Shown here piece by piece: positions 55,048 to 63,963 of a stretch of DNA of 64,000 nt. The stretch covers positions 7,887 to 71,886 of IMG/VR virus record IMGVR_UViG_3300047168_000018, one strand, 5' to 3'. The DNA comes from a virus. How positions within the stretch are numbered: position 1 is the stretch's first letter; every line of letters starts with the position of its first letter. A model generated the notes under the pieces. That model saw only the letters and a list, made by a program, of their open reading frames with translations, had not been told where the DNA came from and searched no databases. A program made the translations under genes and the position numbers.

Positions 55048-55859
55048 CAGTCCGCCTGCGTGCCTTGTCGCTTGGTGCTGGCGTACAGAGCACAACCTTG
55101 GCGCTGATGTCCGCCAGGGGGGACTTGCCGCGCGTCGATTGCGCGATCTTTTCCGATACCGGATGGGAGCCTGCGGCCGTCTACCGTCATCTTCAGTGGC
55201 TTGAGACGCAACTGCCATTTCCGGTTCACCGCGTCAGCGCCGGCAACATCCGCGACGACGTGATATCGGGCAATTCGGGGCGATCCGGCCGGTTCGCCTC
55301 GATCCCGTGGTTCTTGCGCGGCCCCGATGGAAAAGCAGGGATGGGACGTCGCCAGTGTACCGCCCACTACAAGTTGGAACCCATCGCCAGGAAAGTGCGG
55401 GCACTCCTTGGCGTCGGACCGCGCGACTACATCGCGCCCGGCTCGGTGGAAATGTGGATTGGTATTTCGACAGACGAGATCCAGCGCATGAAACCGAGCA
55501 AGCGCCGCTATCTCGTGAACCGCCACCCGCTGATCGAAACTGACGTGTCGCGCCGAAACTGCATCCGTTGGCTTGAGGAGCGACAATACCGGATACCACC
55601 GAAATCAGCCCGCATCGGGTGCCCGTTCCATGACGACAACGCATGGCGACAGATGCGCGACACGGCCCCAGACGAGTTTGCCGACGCGGTTGCGGCAGAC
55701 CGACTCATTCGCGATGGCGGTTCCCATCGGGGGATCAGAGGGCAGCAGTTCATGCACCGTAGCCTTCAGCCGCTGGATCAGGTCGATTTTTCGACGTGGG
55801 CCGAACGCGGGCAGTCAGACCTTTTCAATCTGGAATGCGAGGGGATGTGCGGTGTGTGA
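55044..55859 (+). CDS. PAPS-reductase-like adenine nucleotide alpha-hydrolase
   Basis: LSLGAGVQST; FSDTGWEP; RQCT.HYK..PI; WIGISTDE..R; PPKSA.IGCPFH; ECEGMCGV. Confidence 0.8.
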   Translation: MTVRLRALSLGAGVQSTTLALMSARGDLPRVDCAIFSDTGWEPAAVYRHLQWLETQLPFPVHRVSAGNIRDDVISGNSGRSGRFASIPWFLRGPDGKAGMGRRQCTAHYKLEPIARKVRALLGVGPRDYIAPGSVEMWIGISTDEIQRMKPSKRRYLVNRHPLIETDVSRRNCIRWLEERQYRIPPKSARIGCPFHDDNAWRQMRDTAPDEFADAVAADRLIRDGGSHRGIRGQQFMHRSLQPLDQVDFSTWAERGQSDLFNLECEGMCGV

Positions 55860-56297
55860 CCTGCCGCTACCCGCTGCAACGCGCCTGAAACCGTCTTGCT
55901 TCTGCAACCGGAGGGAGGCAGGATGCCGCCCTTCCGACGAGGATCGACTGAGACTGGAAATAGAAAGGCCGCCGATCCGGATGAGGGATCGACGGCCTAA
56001 GTCTGGGGCACTGCCAAGCACCGCAGGGTATGAACGCCCTGTATGTGCCATCGGAAGCCGCCCCGGTCAATGGCAAGAAGGGGCATTCCGCTTTGACTTT
56101 TCGCGCATGTTTTTCGGCTGGGGGGCGCTGCCTGCGACGGCCCCGACCGTTCTCCGCGCTGCGTAGCAGCATCACCCGAACCGTCTCCCTGTGGAAAGTC
56201 ACAGGTAGGCGAGAGACGGTAAGCGGTGACGCTACAGGCGGAACGTGGGTCTTGCGCTGCTTGAGCGCCACCCTCGGAATCTACGCACAAGCTCCCG

Positions 56298-57788
56298 ATG
56301 CCTGACGGCCCCCTCGGCGAATCGCTGCTGGGGCTGTCCCAGCGCCTTCCCCCCGCGAACATCGCGGCCGAGCAGGCGTTGCTTGGGGCCCTTCTCGCGA
56401 ACAACAAGGCGTTCGACCTTGTGCCTTTCCTGCTGCCGGTGCATTTCGCCGACCCCGTCAACGGTCGCATTTTCGAGGCGATCAGCCGTCGCGTGACGGC
56501 CGGCAAGCTGGCCGACGCGATCACGCTCAAGGCCGAGTTCGAGAACGCGGGCACGCTTGAGGATGTCGGCGGCGTCGCTTATCTCGGGCACCTGCTCGCC
56601 TCGATGGTCGGCATCATCAACGCCGGCGAGTATGCCAAGGCGGTTCACGACGCCTGGATGCGGCGGCAGATCATCGCGACGGCCGAGGATATGGTTCACC
56701 GGGCGTTTTCGCCCGAGGCCGAGGAAACCGGGGCGACGATCGTCGCCGGCGGCGTGCAAGACCTGCTGGCGCTTGATGCGGGAGACGCCGCCCAGGCCGT
56801 GACGATGGAGCAGGCTCTCACGGGGGCTGTCTTCAGGGCCGAGGCCGCGTTCCGCGGCGATCGCGGACAGGGGCGGCTTGATACCGGCGTCCGCACCTTC
56901 GACGGCTTGTGGGGCGGCATGTGGCCGGGCCATCTGCATTATCTGATGGCTCGATCGCGCACGGGCAAAACTTCGGCGGCCTTGCAAATCGCCCGCAACG
57001 TCGCCCAACGGCTGCTCGACGAGCACATCGCGACCAAGCTGCCGCCCGAGCACGTCCACATCGTCAGCCTGGAAATGAACGCCGAGGATTTGGGCGTCGT
57101 GCAGCTGACGCAGGTCACGCGCTGGACGGCAGACCAGATCAGGGCCGGCGACATTGGCGGTCCCGATGCCTGGCTGGAACTTGAGGGGGCAAAAACCGAC
57201 CTGTCGGACCTCCCCATCGTGATCGACGCCCCCTCTGGAATGACGTTCGGGGAACTGAGTGCCCGGGCGAGGGTCGTGCGGCGAACGCGAAAGACCCGGC
57301 TGCTGATCGTCGACTACATGGCGCTGATCCGGCCCGATCCCGGCCAAGCCAGAATGAGCAAGCCCGAGTGGATTCCATTTCTCGGCGCGCAGATGAAGGG
57401 GCTGGCAAAGGCGTTGGGGGTGCCGATCATCGCCCTGACGCAGATCAACAAACCAAAGGAGCGGGACATCCCGACCCGCCCGACGCTCGGGGATCTGCCC
57501 TACGACGGAGGACAGGACGCGGACGCGGTGTTTTGCCTCTGGCGCCCTGAGATCGACCTCGACACCGAATGTCCCGATTTCGCGGGGCATGGCAGCGAGG
57601 AACAGCAGGCGAAGAAGCGCAGCGAGTGGTGGGCCCGCCGGAACTCGGTTCGCAACGTCGCCGAGTTCGGCGCGCTCAAGCGCAGGTTTGGCCCGACGGG
57701 ATGGAAGAAGATGAAGTTCGACGGGCCGCGGATGCTGTTCGTCGACCCGCCCGATCCCGACGCGCCGCCTGACGAGGACGGCGAGTGA
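56298..57788 (+). CDS. dnaB: replicative DNA helicase, DnaB family
   Basis: PPANIAAEQALLGALL; ARSRTGKT; SLEM; IVDYMAL; LTQIN; RP.LGDL..QDAD. Confidence 0.9.
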   Translation: MPDGPLGESLLGLSQRLPPANIAAEQALLGALLANNKAFDLVPFLLPVHFADPVNGRIFEAISRRVTAGKLADAITLKAEFENAGTLEDVGGVAYLGHLLASMVGIINAGEYAKAVHDAWMRRQIIATAEDMVHRAFSPEAEETGATIVAGGVQDLLALDAGDAAQAVTMEQALTGAVFRAEAAFRGDRGQGRLDTGVRTFDGLWGGMWPGHLHYLMARSRTGKTSAALQIARNVAQRLLDEHIATKLPPEHVHIVSLEMNAEDLGVVQLTQVTRWTADQIRAGDIGGPDAWLELEGAKTDLSDLPIVIDAPSGMTFGELSARARVVRRTRKTRLLIVDYMALIRPDPGQARMSKPEWIPFLGAQMKGLAKALGVPIIALTQINKPKERDIPTRPTLGDLPYDGGQDADAVFCLWRPEIDLDTECPDFAGHGSEEQQAKKRSEWWARRNSVRNVAEFGALKRRFGPTGWKKMKFDGPRMLFVDPPDPDAPPDEDGE

Positions 57789-57997
57789 GCAGGAAAATGA
57801 CCCGGCGGGTGTATCCCGTCACCAGCGATGCCGAGCGCGCCGAGTGCTATCGCCGCGGCGCTGCCGATTGGCGGGCAACGTGCCCGTACGAGTTCGGTGA
57901 ACAGCGGTGGGCTTGGCAGCAGGGCGCAATCGACGCCGAGAACGCTTTTCTCGCCCGGCAGCGCGAGATGACGCTCGAAGGGGAGAGGTTTTCGTGA
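57785..57997 (+). CDS. RMF/CrpP-like small protein
   Basis: YRRGA..CPY..RWAWQQG. Confidence 0.55.
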   Translation: MSRKMTRRVYPVTSDAERAECYRRGAADWRATCPYEFGEQRWAWQQGAIDAENAFLARQREMTLEGERFS

Positions 57998-58392
57998 CCG
58001 CATATTCCTTCATGCGCCGGTTCGTCCCCCCAATTGAGGCCGGCACGAAGCGGCAGACGATCCGGGCACCGCGCGCTGGCCGGTCGCGGCACGTCAATGT
58101 CGGCGGCGAGATGCAGCTTTATACCGCAATGCGGACGAAACACTGCCGGCTCATCAAGCGCGTCCATTGCGCCGGCGTCTCGCCGATCAAGATTGGCGTC
58201 GCGGCCGGCTGGGTCGAGATCGTCGGCAGCCACGACGGTCGAGCTTTCATCATCCGTCGGCAGGACAGCCTCGACAGCTTTGCCCGGCGGGACGGCTTCG
58301 CCGATTGGGACGACATGCGCCAGTTCTGGCGCGAGACGCACCCCGATGTCGATGTGTTCTCGGGCGTGCTGATTACCTGGGTCATCCCGTGA
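57994..58392 (+). CDS. ASCH/PUA-like domain protein
   Basis: F..PIEAGTKRQTIR..QLYTAMRTK.C..FARRDGF. Confidence 0.75.
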   Translation: MTAYSFMRRFVPPIEAGTKRQTIRAPRAGRSRHVNVGGEMQLYTAMRTKHCRLIKRVHCAGVSPIKIGVAAGWVEIVGSHDGRAFIIRRQDSLDSFARRDGFADWDDMRQFWRETHPDVDVFSGVLITWVIP

Positions 58393-58570
58393 GCGAAGCA
58401 TTGGCATTGATGCGATTCGGGAGCGCCATCTACAACGACAAACGCCGCCCGATGCGAACGGGCGGCGTTTGCTTAAACGTGCGTGATGTGCCGCGAAACA
58501 CATCGGGGAGACAAGTTGACACCCCTGATGTAGCCGCTGCGCACCATGCCTGCAAGGGACATGCGTGAAC

Positions 58571-59668
58571 ATGAGCGACTACTCTGAGACGAATCGCGCC
58601 TTCCGTGGCGTGTGGATACCGCGCCACATCTGGCTACACCCCGGCCTCTCGATCATCGAGAAGTGCATGCTGGTCGAGATCGACAGCCTCTCCAAGCTGG
58701 ACGGTGGTTGCTATGCCAGCAATGCACACTTCGCGTCGTTCCTCGGCGTGTCCGCTTCTCGCGCATCCGAGATCGTCATGGCGTTAAAAACAGCCGGACT
58801 GATCGACACCGAAATCGGCTGGGACGACAAAAAGCAGCGGTGCCGGAAGATCACCATGACCGGAAGGGTATCCGTAAATACCGACGATGAGGTATCCGGG
58901 AATGGCGGAGAGGGGTATTCGGAAAACCGTCGCGGGGGTATTCGGGAAACCGACGAAAACAATACAAAGAATAACAATACAAAGGAACAGTACCAGACTC
59001 TCCTGGGCGATGAGGAAAAGTCGAAGCCGAAGACCCCTGATGAAGACCCGGAGTTCGATGCCTTTTGGGCAGCCTACCCCAGGAAGATCGACCGGAAGGA
59101 CGCGCTGAAGGCTTGGGGGAGGGCTATCAAGCGTGCCAAGCCACCGACCATCATGGCAGGGCTTGCTGCCTACAGCTTCAGCGAGGAAGAAAAGTTCCGG
59201 CCGCACCCCGCAACTTGGCTGAATAATGATCGGTGGGTGGTCGAAGATGTGCCGGTTCCGCGCGCCGCTCCCATCGCGCCAGACCTCGCCGCAGACCCCT
59301 GGGGCGTGAACGCCTGGATCGCAACGCTGAACCTGACCGAGCGATGCACGGTCGACGGCGTCAAGGTGCCGTCGCTGAACCTCATGAGCCCGGCGTTCGA
59401 GTGCGAGCGGGTGTGCGAAATCGCGGGCATCCCCCGGACTGCCAGGCCAAAGCTGGACGCGCTCATGGGCTGGATCAGGGACGACCTCGACCTCGGCACC
59501 CGCGGCGTCATGAACGCGATCAGGGAGGCCGCCAGAACAGCGCGCGGCCCGATCGGCAGCTTGGCCTACTTCGACCAGCCGATCCGCGCCGTAGCCCGTC
59601 ACAACGGCGACCTCGACATGTACGCGCCGGCGGAAGACCGCGTGAAACGGGAGGAATGGGGAGGGTGA
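58571..59668 (+). CDS. phage replication initiator (lambda O-like)
   Basis: FRGVWIP..LSIIEK..EIDSL..CYASNAHFA HTH; FDAFWAAYPRK..A.KAW..HPATWLNNDRW; internal iterons. Confidence 0.8.
   Translation: MSDYSETNRAFRGVWIPRHIWLHPGLSIIEKCMLVEIDSLSKLDGGCYASNAHFASFLGVSASRASEIVMALKTAGLIDTEIGWDDKKQRCRKITMTGRVSVNTDDEVSGNGGEGYSENRRGGIRETDENNTKNNNTKEQYQTLLGDEEKSKPKTPDEDPEFDAFWAAYPRKIDRKDALKAWGRAIKRAKPPTIMAGLAAYSFSEEEKFRPHPATWLNNDRWVVEDVPVPRAAPIAPDLAADPWGVNAWIATLNLTERCTVDGVKVPSLNLMSPAFECERVCEIAGIPRTARPKLDALMGWIRDDLDLGTRGVMNAIREAARTARGPIGSLAYFDQPIRAVARHNGDLDMYAPAEDRVKREEWGG
58867..58985. repeat. iterons / putative replication origin
   Basis: Four GGTATYCG-containing repeats at 58867, 58891, 58914 and 58937 (23-24 bp spacing), then A-rich AACAATACAAAG twice. 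Confidence 0.75.
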
Positions 59669-60195
59669 TCTACGGGTCCGTCTGCTCCGGCATCGTTGTT
59701 GGGACACGTATTGGGCGCCTGACTGTGGTAGAGACTTACTCGCCCAAGCGCGTTGATCAGGTGCGCCTGCGCTGCGCTTGCGATTGCGGCGTAACGCTGG
59801 ACACCACAGCCTCCCGGTTGAGGCATGGCAGCAACAAAAGTTGTGGATGTTTTCGCCGCGATAGGGCGGGACAACTTTACCGCAAGCACGGTCTGTCCAA
59901 GACCCCGGCGTATTGCATGTTCTACGACGCCCGGAAGCGTGCGGCTGCCGTTGGCATTCCGTTCGCGATTGAACCTTCTGACATCATCATTCCATCGCAC
60001 TGTCCCGTGCTTGGAATACTTTTGAAAGCGACTGGCGAACGCGACAGCAGGCCCTCGCTGGATCGCATCGTCCCGGCCCTCGGTTACGTTCTCGGAAACA
60101 TTAGCGTGATTTCATTCCGTGCGAACCGGATCAAGTCAGACGCGAATGCAGATGAGCTGCGGCGGGTCTTGGCTTATGTGGAGGCCAGCCGATGA
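59665..60195 (+). CDS. HNH-type homing endonuclease whose N-terminus copies the C5-MTase N-terminus
   Basis: GRLTV..C.CDCG..SCGC..HGLS; CPVLG..SLDRI..GYV.GN..VIS.RAN.IK. Confidence 0.8.
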   Translation: MIYGSVCSGIVVGTRIGRLTVVETYSPKRVDQVRLRCACDCGVTLDTTASRLRHGSNKSCGCFRRDRAGQLYRKHGLSKTPAYCMFYDARKRAAAVGIPFAIEPSDIIIPSHCPVLGILLKATGERDSRPSLDRIVPALGYVLGNISVISFRANRIKSDANADELRRVLAYVEASR

Positions 60196-61544
60196 TCTTT
60201 GGTTCGGTGTGCTCCGGGATAGAAGCCGCCTCCGTCGCATGGGCGCCGCTGGGCTGGCGTGCCGCGTTTCTGTCCGAGATCGACCCGCAGGCGTGGGCCG
60301 TTCTCGCGCAACATTATCCCGACGTGCCAACGCGTGGCGACTTCACCGAAATTCAGGCAGGCGATCATGAACCAATCGACCTTCTCGTGGGGGGAACCCC
60401 CTGCCAGTCCTTCAGCGTCGCCGGCCTCCGCGGCGGACTGGCCGACGCCCGTGGAAACTTGGCCCTCGAATTTCTTAGATTGGCTGATCGCCTTCGGCCC
60501 CGCTGGATTGTTTGGGAGAACGTCCCCGGCGTTCTGTCAGCAACTTCCCACAACGCTCCCGATCCGCGTCCACCGACGCACGACGTGGCGGAAGGGACCG
60601 AATGGGTGGGAGAGGATGAATACGACGCTGACGAAGACCATGCGTTCGCATGTTTTCTGGCCGGCCTTTCAGACCTCGGGTATGGGTGGTCCTACCGGAG
60701 CCTTGACGCTCAGTATTTCGGCTTGGCCCAGCGACGGGAGCGCGTGTTCGTTGTCGGCTATCTTGGAGACTGGCGACGTGCCGCAGCGGTACTATTTGAG
60801 CCCGCGAGCCTGCGCGGGGATTCTGCGCCGCGCCGGCAAGCGGGACAAGGTGTTGCCGCACCGATTGCAGCAGGCTCTGAAAGCAGCGGCGGATACCGCA
60901 ACGATGCGGAAACCACCGACAACCTGATCGTCGGAGCGCTGGATGCCAGCGCCGGCGTCGCGGATGAAAATGACGCCAAGGATAGTCGCCTGATCGCCTT
61001 TGGCGGCAACAACACATCCGGCCCGATCGACGTAGCGACGGCGCTCAACGCAAGCCACACCGCAAGCGGGCGGCAGGACTTTGAGACCGAAACCTTCATC
61101 GCGCACACGCTTCGCGCCGAAGGCTTCGACGCAGGCGACGACGTTGCGTTCAGCAGCAAGGATTACGCCGCCGACGCTGGCGGTCAGGTTGCGGTGGCGC
61201 TTCAGTCAAGCCAGAGCGGTGTCCGCGAAACTGATGCCCACGCAACGCTTGACGCCAACAATGGTAGTCGGCGCCACAATGGGATTGCGACTGCTTCCGC
61301 CGTTCGCCGGCTGACGCCGACCGAATGTGAAAGACTGATGGGCTTTCCTGACAATTGGACGCTGGTGCCCTGGCGCGGGAAACCGATGGCCGACGGCCCG
61401 CGCTATCGGATGCTCGGCAATTCGATGGCCGTTCCGGTCGTGCGGTGGATTGGCGAGCGCATTCAGGCGCAGGAATCAGCCCTCAAGCCGCCAGAGAACG
61501 CGCTCGCGGGCGCCGGGCACGACTTCAAGCACGTCGAGGAATAG
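60192..61544 (+). CDS. dcm: DNA cytosine-C5 methyltransferase
   Basis: SVCSGIEA; GGTPCQSFS; WENVPG; QRRERVF; RRLTPTECERLMGFP; GNSMAV. Confidence 0.92.
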   Translation: MIFGSVCSGIEAASVAWAPLGWRAAFLSEIDPQAWAVLAQHYPDVPTRGDFTEIQAGDHEPIDLLVGGTPCQSFSVAGLRGGLADARGNLALEFLRLADRLRPRWIVWENVPGVLSATSHNAPDPRPPTHDVAEGTEWVGEDEYDADEDHAFACFLAGLSDLGYGWSYRSLDAQYFGLAQRRERVFVVGYLGDWRRAAAVLFEPASLRGDSAPRRQAGQGVAAPIAAGSESSGGYRNDAETTDNLIVGALDASAGVADENDAKDSRLIAFGGNNTSGPIDVATALNASHTASGRQDFETETFIAHTLRAEGFDAGDDVAFSSKDYAADAGGQVAVALQSSQSGVRETDAHATLDANNGSRRHNGIATASAVRRLTPTECERLMGFPDNWTLVPWRGKPMADGPRYRMLGNSMAVPVVRWIGERIQAQESALKPPENALAGAGHDFKHVEE

Positions 61545-61682
61545 CACGAGCCACGCGGGCACGGCGCGCTCGCCGGTAATCCAGCCGCGGATTGTGCGCG
61601 GGGAGACGCCGAGCAGCCGGCCGGCGTCGACCTGCTTCAACCCCATGCGCGCCAGCTGCGCGGCGAGATCGGAGCCGGTCAC
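61476..61682 (-). CDS. XRE-type HTH protein (overlaps the dcm 3' end convergently)
   Basis: GLKQVDAGRLLGVSPRTIRGWITGERAVP. Confidence 0.7.
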   Translation of the reverse strand: MTGSDLAAQLARMGLKQVDAGRLLGVSPRTIRGWITGERAVPAWLVLFLDVLEVVPGARERVLWRLEG

Positions 61683-61891
61683 TTCGTCCGTTCCCGGCTG
61701 ACGTGCGTCGCCCGGGCGAGCGCCGGTGGATGCTGAAGCAGGTCGATAAGCACCCGCACCGCCATCGGAACGGGGCTTTCCCCGGAACGCCAGCGACGGA
61801 CGGTGCGGATGTTCACGGCGATCAGCCTGCCGAAGCTGGCCTGGGTCAGCCCGATCGCGTCTATCTGCGCCTGAAGCTCGTCCCCGGTCAT
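61679..61891 (-). CDS. XRE-type HTH protein (paralog of its neighbour)
   Basis: GLTQASFGRLIAVNIRTVRRWRSGESPVP. Confidence 0.75.
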   Translation of the reverse strand: MTGDELQAQIDAIGLTQASFGRLIAVNIRTVRRWRSGESPVPMAVRVLIDLLQHPPALARATHVSRERTK

Positions 61892-62235
61892 GGATGTTTC
61901 TCCAGCAAGGCATCAAGCGCACCGGCCTCCAAGCGCCACGAGGCCATGTCGCGCCGGTAACTGGCGATCGCCCATCGGACAAGCTGCCATTCAGCCTGTG
62001 TGAGCGTGACGCCGCTCGCCTCGGCCCCTGGCCGGCGGACGACTTCGATGGCTCTGGCGCGTTTGTGCCTGTAAATAATGTAGCCGTCTGCGGCCAGCGC
62101 CTGAACGAGCCGCACGATGCCGCTCTTGGACTTGAGGCCAACATGCGTCAGCATTTCGGCGCAGGACGGGCACACGCCGGTCTTGCGGATCGTCTCGTCG
62201 ATGTAGACGAGCAGGCGGTGCTGCTGCGCGGTCAC
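61888..62235 (-). CDS. LexA-type DNA-binding domain protein without peptidase domain
   Basis: TAQQHRLLVYI..G.CPS.AEM..VGLKSKSGI.RLV.AL..GYI..RARAIEV. Confidence 0.8.
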   Translation of the reverse strand: MTAQQHRLLVYIDETIRKTGVCPSCAEMLTHVGLKSKSGIVRLVQALAADGYIIYRHKRARAIEVVRRPGAEASGVTLTQAEWQLVRWAIASYRRDMASWRLEAGALDALLEKHP

Positions 62236-62238
62236 GTC

Positions 62239-62520
62239 CTATGCCTCCTTGATGTGGGGGTAATAGCGAACGTACAGGCTCAGACCGTTGATAGGTGCCG
62301 GCCACAGCAGCAATTCGCAGGTCATGTGGTTAAAGGTGATCATCGTCGGAATCGCGCAAACCGGCGGTTTGGCAATGTCTCCGCGCATCTGGTGCCATTC
62401 CGCGAATCCGACCTCGCGAAGTTGGTAGTCGATCTGATATCCGGCTCTCCGGATGCAGGCGAAGATGAGGCGGCCGCAATCGGGCAACGCGACAACGCAC
62501 TCGCCGGGGGTCAGCTTCAT
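62239..62520 (-). CDS. hypothetical protein
   Basis: Coupled ORF; LLLWPAP..Y motif reminiscent of adaptor fragments. Confidence 0.55.
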   Translation of the reverse strand: MKLTPGECVVALPDCGRLIFACIRRAGYQIDYQLREVGFAEWHQMRGDIAKPPVCAIPTMITFNHMTCELLLWPAPINGLSLYVRYYPHIKEA

Positions 62521-62720
62521 CAGCTGGCCCAGCCGATAGCATTTGCAAGCGCTTCCGACTCACGCGAACGGTCGCCTGCCTTGCGCCAATGATCGGCGGT
62601 ATCAAGCCAAGCGGCCATCATCAGCCCCTCGCCTTTAGCCCGGACTAGCGGATCTGAGGAAAATGGATCGGCACCAACCCCGACCAAGAACCTGTTCAAC
62701 GCTGCCAATGATACCATCAC
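62520..62720 (-). CDS. hypothetical protein
   Basis: AGGAG SD; coupled stop. Confidence 0.5.
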   Translation of the reverse strand: MMVSLAALNRFLVGVGADPFSSDPLVRAKGEGLMMAAWLDTADHWRKAGDRSRESEALANAIGWAS

Positions 62721-62776
62721 GCTCTCCTGTCTGGCCGTCAGGCGTCGAGCGGCCGCAACCGCTCTCAGCCAGGCGG

Positions 62777-63001
62777 TCAGGCCGTGACGGCGATTCGGTA
62801 ATCGGCTGCCAGTTCACTGGCCCGCTTGCGCGCCGCCGCCTCGGTGCGGAAATACTGTTCCTTAACGGTGTGCCCCATCGCGTTCCAGTCGTCCGTCGGC
62901 ATCGCGAACAGGCGCACGCGCCAGCCGCGCCCCGAGTTGCGGTAGCCGCGCCGCTGCGTCCAGTCGGTCACGGTCAGGTGGTAGGTGACGGTCGCGCTCA
63001 T
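62777..63001 (-). CDS. hypothetical protein
   Basis: ATGA overlap with the upstream gene. Confidence 0.6.
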   Translation of the reverse strand: MSATVTYHLTVTDWTQRRGYRNSGRGWRVRLFAMPTDDWNAMGHTVKEQYFRTEAAARKRASELAADYRIAVTA

Positions 63002-63486
63002 CGCGCGCCACCCGTCATGCGCTCGAGGACGCCCTGCGCGACAACGTACGCCTGCGAACGGCGGTCTTTGTCATCACCGTACGCTTCGAGCGCCGCTTTC
63101 ACGATGCGCAGTTCCTCGGGGTCTGAAACTGACAGCGGCAGCGAAGTCTCGACCAGCCCAAGCGCCGTCCGCGCCCGTATCCGCCATTCGGCAAACCACT
63201 CCACGAGATCGGATGCGTTGATCGGTGCGCCGCCCTCCCAATCGTCCTCAAGGTGGGTTGCGGCCTCCGTCAGCAGGTCGATGACAGGGGGCGCCGGTTC
63301 GACGACCGGGGCGGCCGTGTCCCGCCCCGGCGTATTAAGGCGCGCTCCTGCGGGCGGCTCCCGCAGCAGCCGCACCCGCACCCGCTCGATCTGGCGCACC
63401 GTCTCGGGCGGATCGACGTGTTCCTCGTCGAGTGCGCGGTTGCACAGAACGAGCAGCAAGTGCCGCTCTGACTCGGTAATGTCCAT
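62998..63486 (-). CDS. hypothetical protein
   Basis: GAGGA SD; co-oriented array. Confidence 0.65.
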   Translation of the reverse strand: MDITESERHLLLVLCNRALDEEHVDPPETVRQIERVRVRLLREPPAGARLNTPGRDTAAPVVEPAPPVIDLLTEAATHLEDDWEGGAPINASDLVEWFAEWRIRARTALGLVETSLPLSVSDPEELRIVKAALEAYGDDKDRRSQAYVVAQGVLERMTGGAR

Positions 63487-63489
63487 TGG

Positions 63490-63897
63490 TCAATCCTCCT
63501 CTGCGGCTTCGTTTTCCTCGGCCGGTTCAGGAATGCGCGGTGCCGGCCGCTCGACCTGGGCAATGACGCTGATTGCCAAACGCCGGATCAGATCGAGGTT
63601 GGCTGCGTCCTCGGCCAGCACGAGGATCGCACGCAGGGCGCAGTCCATCGTCGGCAGGCTGGCAATCGCCATCGCGATTTGACCCTCGGTGCTGTCGTCC
63701 AGATCGCCCCGAGCGTTGACGATGGCGACCTCGGCGCGGTCGTGCCACATAACCTTGCGCGTGATGTCGCCAAACTGGGCGACGCACTGCCACTGGCCGC
63801 CCGCTGGTGTCGCGGCGCGTATCAGTTTGTCGTCGGCCGCATAGGGCCGTCGCTTCTGCGCGGAGTGGAACGCAGAGACGATCTTCATTTCGTCCAT
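63490..63897 (-). CDS. hypothetical protein
   Basis: GGAGA SD before ATG 63897. Confidence 0.65.
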   Translation of the reverse strand: MDEMKIVSAFHSAQKRRPYAADDKLIRAATPAGGQWQCVAQFGDITRKVMWHDRAEVAIVNARGDLDDSTEGQIAMAIASLPTMDCALRAILVLAEDAANLDLIRRLAISVIAQVERPAPRIPEPAEENEAAEED

Positions 63898-63924
63898 TGG
63901 TGGTCTCCCTGGTGTGTTGGCAGC

Positions 63925-63957
63925 AAAAAGCGGCAGGCTTAGCAACCTGCCGCTTTT
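63925..63957 (-). terminator. intrinsic terminator-like hairpin (possibly bidirectional)
   Basis: AAAAGCGGCAGG-8 nt-CCTGCCGCTTTT, just after a minus-strand stop. Confidence 0.7.
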
Positions 63958-63963
63958 CCGTGA

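Noticed and set aside
40200-55613. Alternative genetic code (CGC read as Cys)
   Set aside because: CGC encodes conserved Arg in many motifs elsewhere; all three stop codons are used normally
58867-58985. CRISPR-like mini-array
   Set aside because: No unique spacers, 23-bp period, inside a coding gene, no cas genes; fits iterons
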